Source: Prochlorococcus marinus str. NATL2A
GTDB lineage: Bacteria > Cyanobacteriota > Cyanobacteriia > PCC-6307 > Cyanobiaceae
Direction: 5' to 3'
Length of the DNA: 32,000 nt
NCBI RefSeq assembly: GCF_000012465.1
Contig: NC_007335.2
Span: 390,001-422,000 of the forward strand
Position numbers and translations under genes: made by a program. The notes under the pieces were generated by a model, which saw only the letters and a list, made by a program, of their open reading frames with translations, was not told the DNA's origin and searched no databases. Positions 10,139-19,923 of this stretch are shown piece by piece (position 1 is the first letter of the stretch; each line of letters begins with the position of its first letter).

Positions 10139-10821
10139 TATTCCTTTTTCTTTTGTTCTTGGGTAATTTCAAAACCAAAACTTGTCCCAATAAATGTTGA
10201 TCCTGCTTCAATAATTTCTATTGCTTGATCAAAAGTTTTAATACCTCCTACAGTTTTAATTGAGCAGCGATTTTTAACAAGTTTAGAGACATGATTAGTT
10301 TGATCCTTTGATGCAGATGGCCCAAAACCATTGCCTATTTGAATTCCAATTGCGCCCGCATCAATTAATGCATCAATTGCCACGGAAAGTCTTGAGAAGT
10401 TTGAGAGGGTATTTGCATCAATAATTACTCTTACTGGAATACCAAGTTCACTTATTTGATTTATTTCCTCGGCAAATAGTTCTATATTTCCTTCTTTTAA
10501 TGCAAAATAATTTGGAACTAGATCTAACTCTTCTGCTCCTTTATCTAATGCATATTCGGCTTCTTTTCGTTTGATAGAAGTTGGGATAAACCCAAAAGGG
10601 AAGGCGATAACTGAGATTAATTTTGTAGTACTTTTGCTTCCTAACCGTTCACGAGCAATTGGTAGATTGGACAGACTAGTGCATAAACCTGCAAAGCCAT
10701 TTTGCTTGGATGCATCACAAATCTGAACAATCATTTCTTTATCAAAATGAGGATTTAGGACTGCTTGATAAATCACATTAGAAATATTGACATGAGCTTC
10801 TTCCACGCTGTTTTTACTCAT
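10138..10821 (-). CDS. deoxyribose-phosphate aldolase (DeoC/DERA) family protein, atypical active site
   Basis: 227 aa. The DERA-like blocks are VIAFPFGF, AEELDLVPN, RVIID, IKTVGGIK and FIGTS. The block that is normally GADFVKTSTGF reads GAIGIQIGNGF here (see findings). Confidence 0.7.
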   Translation of the reverse strand: MSKNSVEEAHVNISNVIYQAVLNPHFDKEMIVQICDASKQNGFAGLCTSLSNLPIARERLGSKSTTKLISVIAFPFGFIPTSIKRKEAEYALDKGAEELDLVPNYFALKEGNIELFAEEINQISELGIPVRVIIDANTLSNFSRLSVAIDALIDAGAIGIQIGNGFGPSASKDQTNHVSKLVKNRCSIKTVGGIKTFDQAIEIIEAGSTFIGTSFGFEITQEQKKKE

Positions 10822-10835
10822 TTGACTAGTAGTAT

Positions 10836-11420
10836 TTAAATTTTTTCTTGGATTACGCCATATCCTCCGTGATTTCTCTTATAGATAACTCGCAAAGCGG
10901 ATCCTTCTTCCTCTCTAAATAAATAGAAGTCATGATCAATCAGGTCTAATTGGACTCTTGCTTGCTCAATATTCATAGGAGTCATCTCGAAATATTTGCG
11001 TCTGACTCCTGGGCTAGGTAGATGTGGTTCTTTGCCTTCAGTGAGTGAATGATCCGAGGAAGAAAAATTTTGAGTGTCTTCGTTTTGGACTGATTTCGTT
11101 GACTGATTATGATGAACATTATGACTGTTATGTCGCTCTTTGTACTTACGTAATTGTCGTGCAAGTTTATTTGCTACTAAGTCGATGCTTGCATAAAGAT
11201 TCTCACTTCTTTCTTGGGCTCTTATTACTGTTCCGTTTGCAAAGACAGTCACCTCAGCTGTCTGTTGTGGCACGCGAGGATTTCGAGCGACTGAGAGGTG
11301 GACATCAGCTTCTTGCACCATTTCTTGGAAATTGTGAGTTGCTTTATCAATTTTTGTTTTGGTGTAATCACGAAGCGATTGAGTTAATTCAAGATTGCGT
11401 CCATGGATAAGAAGCTTCAT
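10836..11420 (-). CDS. hpf: ribosome hibernation promoting factor, long form (LrtA-like)
   Basis: 194 aa. The N-terminus MKLLIHGRNLELTQSLRDYTKTKI and the C-terminal dimerisation domain (FYLFREEEGSALRVIYKRNHGGYGVI) match long HPF. Confidence 0.9.
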   Translation of the reverse strand: MKLLIHGRNLELTQSLRDYTKTKIDKATHNFQEMVQEADVHLSVARNPRVPQQTAEVTVFANGTVIRAQERSENLYASIDLVANKLARQLRKYKERHNSHNVHHNQSTKSVQNEDTQNFSSSDHSLTEGKEPHLPSPGVRRKYFEMTPMNIEQARVQLDLIDHDFYLFREEEGSALRVIYKRNHGGYGVIQEKI

Positions 11421-12122
11421 TTTGTTTCGCCTGAGACAGGGCCTAATAGCAACTTAGATCTAACCCCTCAACTTGCACAATCTTCTTCCGCTTTTCTTTT
11501 TGAACCTAAAAATATTGTGCCATTTGAGACTGCCTTAGGTTGGCAGAAGAATTTTCAAAAAAACCTTATTGAGCAACCGTTCTCACCCCAAGCAGTATGG
11601 CTACTCGAACATTTTTCTTGTTTCACAATGGGTAGAGGTAGCGATAAAAAAAATTTGTTGTTCGAAGAAAATAATTCTCCATTGCCAGTTTTTAGTATTG
11701 AGAGAGGAGGTGAAGTTACGCATCACATGCCTGGGCAGATCGTTGGATACCTAGTTTTAAATTTAAGTCTTCACAAAAAAGACTTATCTTGGTATTTGAG
11801 AGAATTGGAGCAAGTGCTGATTGATGTTCTTGACTTGTTGGGAATGGAGGGGAAGAGGGTAGATGGCTTAACAGGAGTTTGGTGTGAAGATAAAAAGGTT
11901 GGTTCAATAGGAATTGGTTGCAAGAGATGGGTGACTCAGCATGGGTTTTCACTAAATGTAGATTGTGATCTAATTGGTTTTGAAAAGATAATTCCTTGTG
12001 GACTAGATAAAGTGAAAGTAGGGAAATTGAGTGATTGGATACCTGGCATCAAAGTCTGTGACGTTACGCCTCTTTTAAGGGAATCTGTTAAAAGACGTTT
12101 TAAATTGAACTGGGAAAAATAA
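11403..12122 (+). CDS. lipB: octanoyl/lipoyl transferase LipB
   Basis: 239 aa with WLLEH, RGGEVTHHMPGQIVGY and HGFSLNVDCDL motifs. The ATG overlaps the hpf start by 18 nt, so the start is somewhat uncertain. Confidence 0.85.
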   Translation: MDKKLHFVSPETGPNSNLDLTPQLAQSSSAFLFEPKNIVPFETALGWQKNFQKNLIEQPFSPQAVWLLEHFSCFTMGRGSDKKNLLFEENNSPLPVFSIERGGEVTHHMPGQIVGYLVLNLSLHKKDLSWYLRELEQVLIDVLDLLGMEGKRVDGLTGVWCEDKKVGSIGIGCKRWVTQHGFSLNVDCDLIGFEKIIPCGLDKVKVGKLSDWIPGIKVCDVTPLLRESVKRRFKLNWEK

Positions 12123-12165
12123 ATCAACCTCTTTAAATATCACTAAAAAAATAACAAATTATTTT

Positions 12166-14145
12166 TTGGCTATGACAAAAACTAACTCACAAAAAAATAT
12201 ATTTTCTTCTGAGGATGCTTTGGCTTTTTGGATCCCTAATAGGAAAGAGGAACAAGCAATTAATAGAAGATCTCACCTTAATAAGATCACTCAAGTTGAC
12301 CAGATTTGGGAATTATTAAAAGTTCAGTTGAGCGATGTATTGGCAGTTGATTCACCACATACTTTTCACCCAGAAAGCTTTACATATAAAGAACTTGCTG
12401 AAAATATTTCTAAGGCAGCATTTTCCTTTACTAAGCTTGGGGTAGGACCTGATGATGTGGTCGCTCTTTTTGCCGAAAATAGTCCTAGATGGCTCATCGC
12501 CGATCAAGGTCTTATGCGAATAGGTGCAACAGACTCTGTTAGAGGAGCGACTGCTCCACCTAGTGAACTTAGATATATTCTTGAAGACTCAAATGCGGTT
12601 GGATTGATTGTTCAAAACTCCGATGTCTGGGAAAGACTTTCGCTTAATGATGATCAAATCAATAGTTTGAAATTTGTTCTTCAACTTGAGGGGAAAGCTT
12701 GTGATGGCGTTTTTGAATGGGAGAGTTTTTTGAAGAAAGGATTGAATATAGAAAATGTAAGTAAACAGGAGAAAATAATTGATAGGCAACCAAAAAGAAT
12801 AGCAACCATTTTATATACTTCTGGAACGACAGGTAAACCTAAAGGAGTGCCACTAACACATTCTAATTTATTACATCAAATTAGGTCTCTTGCTTGCGTA
12901 GCGAACCCTTCTCCAGGTGCGCCTGTATTAAGTGTCTTACCAATTTGGCATTCATATGAACGGAGTGCAGAATATTATTTTTTTTCTTGTGGTTGTACTC
13001 AAACATATACATCAATTAGGCATCTTAAGGAAGATTTGCCAAGGGTTAAGCCAATAGTAATGGCAACAGTTCCAAGACTTTGGGAGTCAATAAAGTTAGG
13101 GTTTGAGGATGCTGTTGATAAAATGCCGAGACTGAGAAAGACCTTGATAAAAAGTGCGATTTCTAATAGTAAGGCATATAAATTGGCTCGAAGAAAACTT
13201 TATTTTTTAACTATTGAGAGTGTTTCTAGTTTTGAACAAATTAGCTCTTTCATAGAGATTCTTCTGCGGTACCCAATGCATAGAATTTCTTCTATTTACT
13301 TATGGCCAAAAATTCTTACCAAGATTTGTGGAGGAAGATTGAGATTCCCAATTAGTGGTGGAGGTGCAATTGCTCCGCATATTGATTCTTTCTTTGAAGC
13401 TTTAGGTGTTGAATTATTAGTTGGTTATGGCTTAACAGAAACTAGTCCAGTCCTCACATGTAGAAGGCCTTGGAGGAATATACGTGGAGGAGCAGGTCAA
13501 CCTTTACCAGAGACTGAGATAAAAATAGTAGATCCTGAAACATTCCAAATAAAAAAACTGCGTCAAAAAGGTTTGGTTCTTGCGCGTGGTCCTCAAATAA
13601 TGTCTGGTTATTTAGGAAAACGATCTGAATCGAAGAAGGTTTTAGATGCTACCGGCTGGTTTAATACTGGAGATTTAGGGATGTTGCTTTCTGATGGATC
13701 CTTAATCCTGACTGGAAGAGCAAAAGATACGATTGTGCTAAGTAGTGGAGAAAATATTGAGCCTGGACCTTTGGAGGAATGTTTGATTGCTAGTTCATTG
13801 ATTGAGCAGGCTTTTCTATTGGGGCAAGATCAAAAATATCTTGCTGCTTTGATTGTTCCAAGAATTGATCATGTAAAAGAATGGCTTGCAGAAAGGGGTG
13901 TGAATTCAAAAGTTGTTCTTGGAATATCTCCTGAAAATTATGAATTAAGACAATCTCTAAAATTAGAAATGAATCAAGCACTGGCAAATCGTCTTGGATC
14001 TAGAAGAGAAGAGAGATTATTTTCAATTGCCTTAGTAGAGCCATTTACAATAGAAAATGGCTTGTTAACGCAAACTCTTAAGCAAAAACGTGAACAAATT
14101 ATCCAACGTGATTTGAAACTTATAAATGAAATATATGGTTTGTAA
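12166..14145 (+). CDS. aas: long-chain acyl-CoA/acyl-ACP synthetase (AMP-forming)
   Basis: 659 aa with the AMP-binding motif YTSGTTGKPKGV and GYGLTETSP. The ORF opens at a TTG, and the ATG at 12172 is a likely true start. Confidence 0.8.
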   Translation: MAMTKTNSQKNIFSSEDALAFWIPNRKEEQAINRRSHLNKITQVDQIWELLKVQLSDVLAVDSPHTFHPESFTYKELAENISKAAFSFTKLGVGPDDVVALFAENSPRWLIADQGLMRIGATDSVRGATAPPSELRYILEDSNAVGLIVQNSDVWERLSLNDDQINSLKFVLQLEGKACDGVFEWESFLKKGLNIENVSKQEKIIDRQPKRIATILYTSGTTGKPKGVPLTHSNLLHQIRSLACVANPSPGAPVLSVLPIWHSYERSAEYYFFSCGCTQTYTSIRHLKEDLPRVKPIVMATVPRLWESIKLGFEDAVDKMPRLRKTLIKSAISNSKAYKLARRKLYFLTIESVSSFEQISSFIEILLRYPMHRISSIYLWPKILTKICGGRLRFPISGGGAIAPHIDSFFEALGVELLVGYGLTETSPVLTCRRPWRNIRGGAGQPLPETEIKIVDPETFQIKKLRQKGLVLARGPQIMSGYLGKRSESKKVLDATGWFNTGDLGMLLSDGSLILTGRAKDTIVLSSGENIEPGPLEECLIASSLIEQAFLLGQDQKYLAALIVPRIDHVKEWLAERGVNSKVVLGISPENYELRQSLKLEMNQALANRLGSRREERLFSIALVEPFTIENGLLTQTLKQKREQIIQRDLKLINEIYGL

Positions 14146-14225
14146 TTTGTTTGTTTGGCCAATTAAATTGACCAATACTATCTTTTGTTGAGAACGTATT
14201 GATCGAATCATAATTTATTGATCAG

Positions 14226-14660
14226 GTGGACTCAATTTCTATAAAACGTTCAATAACTGTAAGAGCAGTTGTCACACCTTCATGGAAAGAGGAGGCTGAG
14301 CGTGAATTAAGTAATGCAATATCAGCAATAGATCAGCAACTGGGTGAATTAGAAAAAGAAGGACAACAAATTGTTGATGGTATTAGACGTCAGAGCGCTA
14401 ATCCCCTTGACCCAAGAGTTCAAGAGCAAGTCGCTCAAGTTCAGAACCAAGTTGCTTCAAAGAGATCAGAATTTGAAGAACAAAAAAGAAATCTTCTGTC
14501 ACAGCAATCTCAAGTTCGTGAGTTGGAGATGGAACAAATCGTCGAGCAAGGACAAATTGACAGCTTTTGTGATTTAAAAGTTGGTGATAACTTAGTCAGT
14601 AAAATGGGTGTGAGTATTTTGGTCAGAGATGGCGTAGTAGAGGCAATTGATCAAGATTGA
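14226..14660 (+). CDS. conserved hypothetical coiled-coil protein (possibly YlqD family)
   Basis: 144-aa hydrophilic ORF with a Q/E-rich central helix. The family assignment is from memory only. GTG start. Confidence 0.4.
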   Translation: MDSISIKRSITVRAVVTPSWKEEAERELSNAISAIDQQLGELEKEGQQIVDGIRRQSANPLDPRVQEQVAQVQNQVASKRSEFEEQKRNLLSQQSQVRELEMEQIVEQGQIDSFCDLKVGDNLVSKMGVSILVRDGVVEAIDQD

Positions 14661-14850
14661 AATTTGGTCGAACTACAATTAATCCAAAAATAATTTTTGA
14701 TATTAAGAAGAAATCCACATAAAAAAACCTATCGTTGTAAGGACACTCATGTAGAACTAACATTGGTATGTATTGATACTTGCAAAGCTTCTAGATAGAA
14801 ATTTTTGAAGCCTTGCCACAAACTCTCCATAAAGGAAATAGGAACAAATT

Positions 14851-16221
14851 ATGGCCACTCATGACATCTTTATGCCTGCTTTAAGTTCAACTATGACTGA
14901 GGGCAAAATAGTTGAGTGGCTAAAAAAACCTGGAGATAAAGTTGAAAGAGGTGAGTCAGTTTTAGTTGTTGAGTCAGATAAAGCTGATATGGATGTTGAG
15001 TCTTTCCAAGATGGCTTTCTCGCTTCGATTGTGATGCCTGCAGGCAGCTCTGCACCTGTTGGAGAGACAATCGGATTGATCGTTGAGACATCAGATGAGA
15101 TCGCTGAGGCTCAAGCAAATGCACCTTCTCCTTCCCCTCAATCAGGTAGTCAAGAAAAAGAGAGTTCATCGCCTCAAGTTCAAGAAAAACAAGCCTCTGT
15201 TGACTCTCCTAAAGCAACAGTAGTTACAAAGACATCACTTGCACCTCTTGTTTCAGAATCCTCTGTAAATCAGGATCAGTTTTTAAATGATGGTCGAATA
15301 GTTGCTTCCCCAAGAGCTAAAAAACTTGCTTCTCAAATGGGAGTGGATTTGGCAACTGTTAGGGGCTCAGGACCTCATGGACGAATACAAGCTGAGGATG
15401 TTCAAAGTGCAAAAGGGCAACCCATAAGCGTTCCTTGGATTGCAGAAAGTAATGCTCCAGCGAAAATCATTTCTGACGTGCCTCGCATAGAAAAAAAATC
15501 TGTTGACTCTGGTAAGCCACCTGCTCCAGGGAAAAGTTTTGGATCTAGAGGGGAAACAATTTCATTCAACACTCTTCAACAAGCTGTAAATCGGAACATG
15601 GAGGAAAGTTTAAATACTCCTTGTTTCAGAGTCGGATATTCAATTCTTACTGATGAATTGGATGATCTTTATAAACAAGTTAAATCTGATGGAGTAACTA
15701 TGACTGCTTTACTTGCTAAAGCAGTTGGCTTAACCCTGGCTAGACACCCCCAGGTGAATGCAGCTTTTAGTTCTGAGGGGATTGCCTATCCTTCACAAAT
15801 AAATGTAGCCGTTGCAGTTGCGATGGAGGACGGAGGGTTGATAACTCCAGTGCTGCAAAATGCTGATAAGACGAGCCTTACTGATTTATCCCTACAATGG
15901 GCTGATCTTGTTAAGCGTGCGAGGAATAAGCAATTAGAACCGCAAGAATACAGCAGTGGAACGTTTACACTCTCGAATCTAGGTATGTTTGGTGTGGATC
16001 GTTTTGATGCAATTCTGCCCCCAGGGACTGGAGCAATTTTAGCGGTAGGAGCTTCATTGTCTAAAGTTGTTGCTTCTAAAGATGGTTCGATTTCAATCAA
16101 AAAACAGATGCAAGTCAATCTTACCGCTGATCACAGAGTGATCTATGGGGCTGATGGAGCACTATTCCTGAAGGACTTGGCTTACTTAATCGAAAACAAC
16201 CCTTGTAGCCTCTCGTCGTGA
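14851..16221 (+). CDS. pdhC: dihydrolipoamide acetyltransferase, E2 of pyruvate dehydrogenase
   Basis: 456 aa. It has a lipoyl domain (VVESDKADMDVE), a Pro/Ser/Gln linker, an E3-binding domain (ASPRAKKLASQMGVDL) and a catalytic domain with DHRVIYGADGA. Confidence 0.9.
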   Translation: MATHDIFMPALSSTMTEGKIVEWLKKPGDKVERGESVLVVESDKADMDVESFQDGFLASIVMPAGSSAPVGETIGLIVETSDEIAEAQANAPSPSPQSGSQEKESSSPQVQEKQASVDSPKATVVTKTSLAPLVSESSVNQDQFLNDGRIVASPRAKKLASQMGVDLATVRGSGPHGRIQAEDVQSAKGQPISVPWIAESNAPAKIISDVPRIEKKSVDSGKPPAPGKSFGSRGETISFNTLQQAVNRNMEESLNTPCFRVGYSILTDELDDLYKQVKSDGVTMTALLAKAVGLTLARHPQVNAAFSSEGIAYPSQINVAVAVAMEDGGLITPVLQNADKTSLTDLSLQWADLVKRARNKQLEPQEYSSGTFTLSNLGMFGVDRFDAILPPGTGAILAVGASLSKVVASKDGSISIKKQMQVNLTADHRVIYGADGALFLKDLAYLIENNPCSLSS

Positions 16222-16274
16222 GATTTAATTGGTCGAACCACAAGTGATTTTTTCTTACTTTAACCTGATTTGAT

Positions 16275-17372
16275 GTGTTAGATCAAAAAGATAATCTTTT
16301 AAGCTCCTATAACTATGATTTGCCAAATGAATTAATTGCTCAATCACCTACCAAGAGTAGGCATGATGCCAAATTGATGATTGTTAAAGATGGCCTCGAT
16401 GATTCTTTAAACCTTGTGCATGCAAAGGTATGGGACATAAAGGATATCTTGAAGCCTGCTGATCTTTTAGTTGTGAATAATACGCGAGTTGTTAAAGCAA
16501 GATTGAAAATTCGATTGTCAGGAGGAGGGGCAGGTGAATTATTGCTAATGGAACCGAGGGGTGATGGTCGATGGCTTTGTCTTGGTCGTCCTGCTAGGCG
16601 TATGAGAGGAGGTGATCAATTGTGGTTGGATATGTCACGAGATAATTCTTTAATCTTGAAAGTTATTGATAAGGATGAGAGAACAGGCGGAAGAATTATT
16701 CAATTTTCAAATGAGTTTACTAGTTGGACGGAAATGGAAAATATACTTGATTTATGTGGAGAAGTCCCATTGCCTCCATACATAGATAAGGACAAATCTA
16801 GTGATCATGAGGAAAGCTATCAGACTAGATTTGCTTCGAAACCAGGAGCCATAGCTGCTCCCACAGCGGGCTTACATCTAAGTGATGAACTTATAGAAAA
16901 TTTAAAAACGAGAGGTATTAAAATTGCTCAAATTACTTTGCATGTCGGCTTAGGAACTTTTAGACCATTAGAGAAAGAAGATCTATCTCAGTTGCATTTA
17001 CACAGTGAGTGGATAGAGGTTACTGAAGAGACCATCAAAGCGATAACTAATTGTAAGGAGGATGGGGGGAAAGTCTTTGCTGTTGGCACTACTAGTGTGA
17101 GAGCCCTTGAGGCTGCTTACCTTTCAGGAAGAGGCGCCTTGAAGCCGTATGAAGGTAAAGTGGATTTGGTAATTAAACCAGGATTTAAATTTTCCGTCAT
17201 TGATGGACTGCTCACTAATTTCCACCTACCTAAAAGTTCTCTATTACTTTTAGTTAGTGCTCTAATTGGTCGAAAACGTATGTTGAAACTATATAAACAG
17301 GCTATTTCTAATAAATATCGATTTTTCTCTTATGGAGATGCGATGTTGATAACGCCTGAGTCAGTTATATAG
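16275..17372 (+). CDS. queA: S-adenosylmethionine:tRNA ribosyltransferase-isomerase
   Basis: 365 aa with [38 protein letters not shown] and FFSYGDAML motifs. GTG start. Confidence 0.95.
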   Translation: MLDQKDNLLSSYNYDLPNELIAQSPTKSRHDAKLMIVKDGLDDSLNLVHAKVWDIKDILKPADLLVVNNTRVVKARLKIRLSGGGAGELLLMEPRGDGRWLCLGRPARRMRGGDQLWLDMSRDNSLILKVIDKDERTGGRIIQFSNEFTSWTEMENILDLCGEVPLPPYIDKDKSSDHEESYQTRFASKPGAIAAPTAGLHLSDELIENLKTRGIKIAQITLHVGLGTFRPLEKEDLSQLHLHSEWIEVTEETIKAITNCKEDGGKVFAVGTTSVRALEAAYLSGRGALKPYEGKVDLVIKPGFKFSVIDGLLTNFHLPKSSLLLLVSALIGRKRMLKLYKQAISNKYRFFSYGDAMLITPESVI

Positions 17373-17381
17373 ACCCAAGAG

Positions 17382-18368
17382 TCAAGCTAATGATGGTTCT
17401 TTAATAACACCTGTAGGAACATTCTCAAACATTACGGATGAGATATATCTTTCGGCAAGGTCAGGTAGAACTACAACGATTGTCTTCCCTGAGAACTCCT
17501 CTTTTTCGGCCAGCCTTAAGGCCACAGCAGCAGCAGCACCACATGAGATACCAACTAGTAGACCTTCTTCTTGTGCCAAACGTAATGCCATTGCAATAGA
17601 CTCATCATTGGAGACTTGCTCAACTTGATCGACTACGGATAAGTCAAGGTTTTGAGGAATAAACCCAGCTCCAATCCCTTGGATCTTGTGAGGGCCGGGT
17701 TTTACTTCTTCTCCATTGAGAGTTTGTGTTATTACTGGGCTGTGAGTAGGCTCTACGGCAACAGACAATAATGAATGATTTTTTTCTTGCTTTATGAAAC
17801 GAGAAACACCTGTAATTGTCCCACCTGTTCCGACACCAGAGACTAAAACATCAATTTGACCGTCCGTATCATCCCAAATTTCAGGACCTGTAGTTTTGAA
17901 ATGTATTTCTGGATTGGCTGGGTTATCAAATTGTCCTGGCATGAAGTATTTTTTAGGGTCGCTATCTGCTATTTCCTTCGCTTTTGCAATGGCACCAGGC
18001 ATTCCTTTTGCTGCTTCAGTAAGTATTAATTCAGCACCAAGAACAGCCATCATCCTCCTACGTTCAATTGACATGGATTCAGGCATCGTGAGGATTAACT
18101 TGTAACCTCTAGCAGCGGCTGTATAAGCAAGTGCTATTCCAGTATTCCCAGATGTTGGTTCAATAATTACTTTATCTTTATTGAGTAAACCTTTCTTTTC
18201 AGCATCCCAGATCATATTTGCTCCTATTCTACATTTAACACTGTAGGCAGGGTTACGACCTTCTATCTTTGCAAGTACTGTTGCTTTTGCGTTTTTTGTG
18301 ATCGAATTAAGTTTGACCAATGGTGTATGACCAATAGCAAAACTATTGTCTTCATAGATTCTTGACAT
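17382..18368 (-). CDS. cysK: cysteine synthase A (O-acetylserine sulfhydrylase)
   Basis: 328 aa with the PLP-lysine motif [21 protein letters not shown] and [10 protein letters not shown]. It is convergent with queA (9-nt gap). Confidence 0.9.
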   Translation of the reverse strand: MSRIYEDNSFAIGHTPLVKLNSITKNAKATVLAKIEGRNPAYSVKCRIGANMIWDAEKKGLLNKDKVIIEPTSGNTGIALAYTAAARGYKLILTMPESMSIERRRMMAVLGAELILTEAAKGMPGAIAKAKEIADSDPKKYFMPGQFDNPANPEIHFKTTGPEIWDDTDGQIDVLVSGVGTGGTITGVSRFIKQEKNHSLLSVAVEPTHSPVITQTLNGEEVKPGPHKIQGIGAGFIPQNLDLSVVDQVEQVSNDESIAMALRLAQEEGLLVGISCGAAAAVALRLAEKEEFSGKTIVVVLPDLAERYISSVMFENVPTGVIKEPSLA

Positions 18369-18456
18369 TTTTAAAATGACTTAATTAGCTAATACTCTAA
18401 ATCTATATAAAAATCTCGGTAATTGGTTATTTAGATAATCTTTATTAGTGATTTTT

Positions 18457-19923
18457 TTATATTGCTGAATTAAATCTTGACCACAACTCATCTTCATTTT
18501 CTAGCCCTACTGACACTCTTAATAAGTGTTCCGAGACACCACAACTTTCAGCCCATTTCAATTCTTTGAAGTGAGCTAACTGAACATATGGACAAACCAA
18601 TGTAAAATTTGTACCTAAACTTGGCCCTTTGTTTACTCTTAATGAATCATAAACTCTTTTTGATTCTTCAATCCCCCCTTTAAGTTCAAACGATAATAGA
18701 CATCCATAACCTCCTCCTTTCTTTAATAGCGAATTAAAATTTTTACAATATTGGGGATGTAAAACCTTTGAAATTTCTTTTTTTGTTTCTAATTTTTCTT
18801 TCAGCTTTAAGCAAGATATATTTAACCTCTTTAAGCGATCCTTTACGTCTCTACTAGTTAACTCCAACTCAATAGCATCTGAATCAGATAGTGTAGATAA
18901 TGCAACTTTAGGAATGATCTCAGCTATTTCTTTTTTCCATTTAGAGTATGGACTGATAACAGTACTGCCAGCAAGAATATCTCCTCTCCCAGCAAAACTT
19001 TTTGTAAGAGAACTAAAAATCACATCTGCGTAAGGAGTCAGGTGAACATTTAGAGATGAACCGATGGTATCGTCAACAATGACAGGTATGTTTTTTTCTT
19101 TAGCTAATTTTGAAATAGATATTAGGTCAACACATTGCAATAAAGGGTTGCTAGGTATTTCTATGATTAATGCAGCTGGATTTTTTTTATCCAGCTCTTC
19201 TTTTATATGATTTAATTTTGTTTTAATAATGAGATCGCTTCCTTGGAAAATAATTTGAGGTAGTTTAAGTACATCAACATATGGGAAGCCTATTTGAAGC
19301 GTCGAAGAAGTTCCTTTAATACAATTTATCGCTGAAATAATAGTCGTTAATGCAGCCATACCTGAACGATGTAGTCGTATTAGACTATTATCGCAATTGT
19401 ATATATTTGCTAAGCGTTTGATAAGTGCCTCTCTGGCGCAATCACCATCTGAAGTGAGTGGTTTCTTCTCTTTCCCAAGGGCTATTGCCGCTTCACGTGA
19501 AGACAATCCAAGACCAGTGTGTTGCCAGAAGGCTTTTGCTGAAGAGGTATTTTTTTGGTCAATAATTAGACACGAAACACCAAGAAAGTCTTCTATTTTT
19601 GAAAAACAATCTGAATTCTTTCGAAGACAATATTCTTGAGCACTTAAAGCAGAAGCTCTGTTGGGGTAAGGCCAACTGCTTTTCTTCGATTCGCCATGAA
19701 ATTCAAGTGATTTTCGAGCTATCTCGGCAACAAAAGGATTAAATCCAAATCTAGGGTAAATTGCTTTTAATGAATTTATACAAGCTGGCACCTTCTCTTC
19801 GTATGCGATTACATCTTCCCATCTAGGCAATGCAACAGATACAGCATGTGGCCTACTCGGTAGAGGCTCTCCTAAATCTTTGGCACTCCAGCAAGGATCA
19901 ATTAGTAAATTTCTTTCAGTCAA
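18457..19923 (-). CDS. Cys/Met-metabolism PLP enzyme, long cystathionine gamma-synthase-like paralog
   Basis: 488 aa with a divergent PLP-lysine block, FSSLTKSFAGRGDILAG. It is about 100 residues longer than usual family members. The TTG start overlaps the upstream stop (TTGA). Confidence 0.6.
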   Translation of the reverse strand: MTERNLLIDPCWSAKDLGEPLPSRPHAVSVALPRWEDVIAYEEKVPACINSLKAIYPRFGFNPFVAEIARKSLEFHGESKKSSWPYPNRASALSAQEYCLRKNSDCFSKIEDFLGVSCLIIDQKNTSSAKAFWQHTGLGLSSREAAIALGKEKKPLTSDGDCAREALIKRLANIYNCDNSLIRLHRSGMAALTTIISAINCIKGTSSTLQIGFPYVDVLKLPQIIFQGSDLIIKTKLNHIKEELDKKNPAALIIEIPSNPLLQCVDLISISKLAKEKNIPVIVDDTIGSSLNVHLTPYADVIFSSLTKSFAGRGDILAGSTVISPYSKWKKEIAEIIPKVALSTLSDSDAIELELTSRDVKDRLKRLNISCLKLKEKLETKKEISKVLHPQYCKNFNSLLKKGGGYGCLLSFELKGGIEESKRVYDSLRVNKGPSLGTNFTLVCPYVQLAHFKELKWAESCGVSEHLLRVSVGLENEDELWSRFNSAI

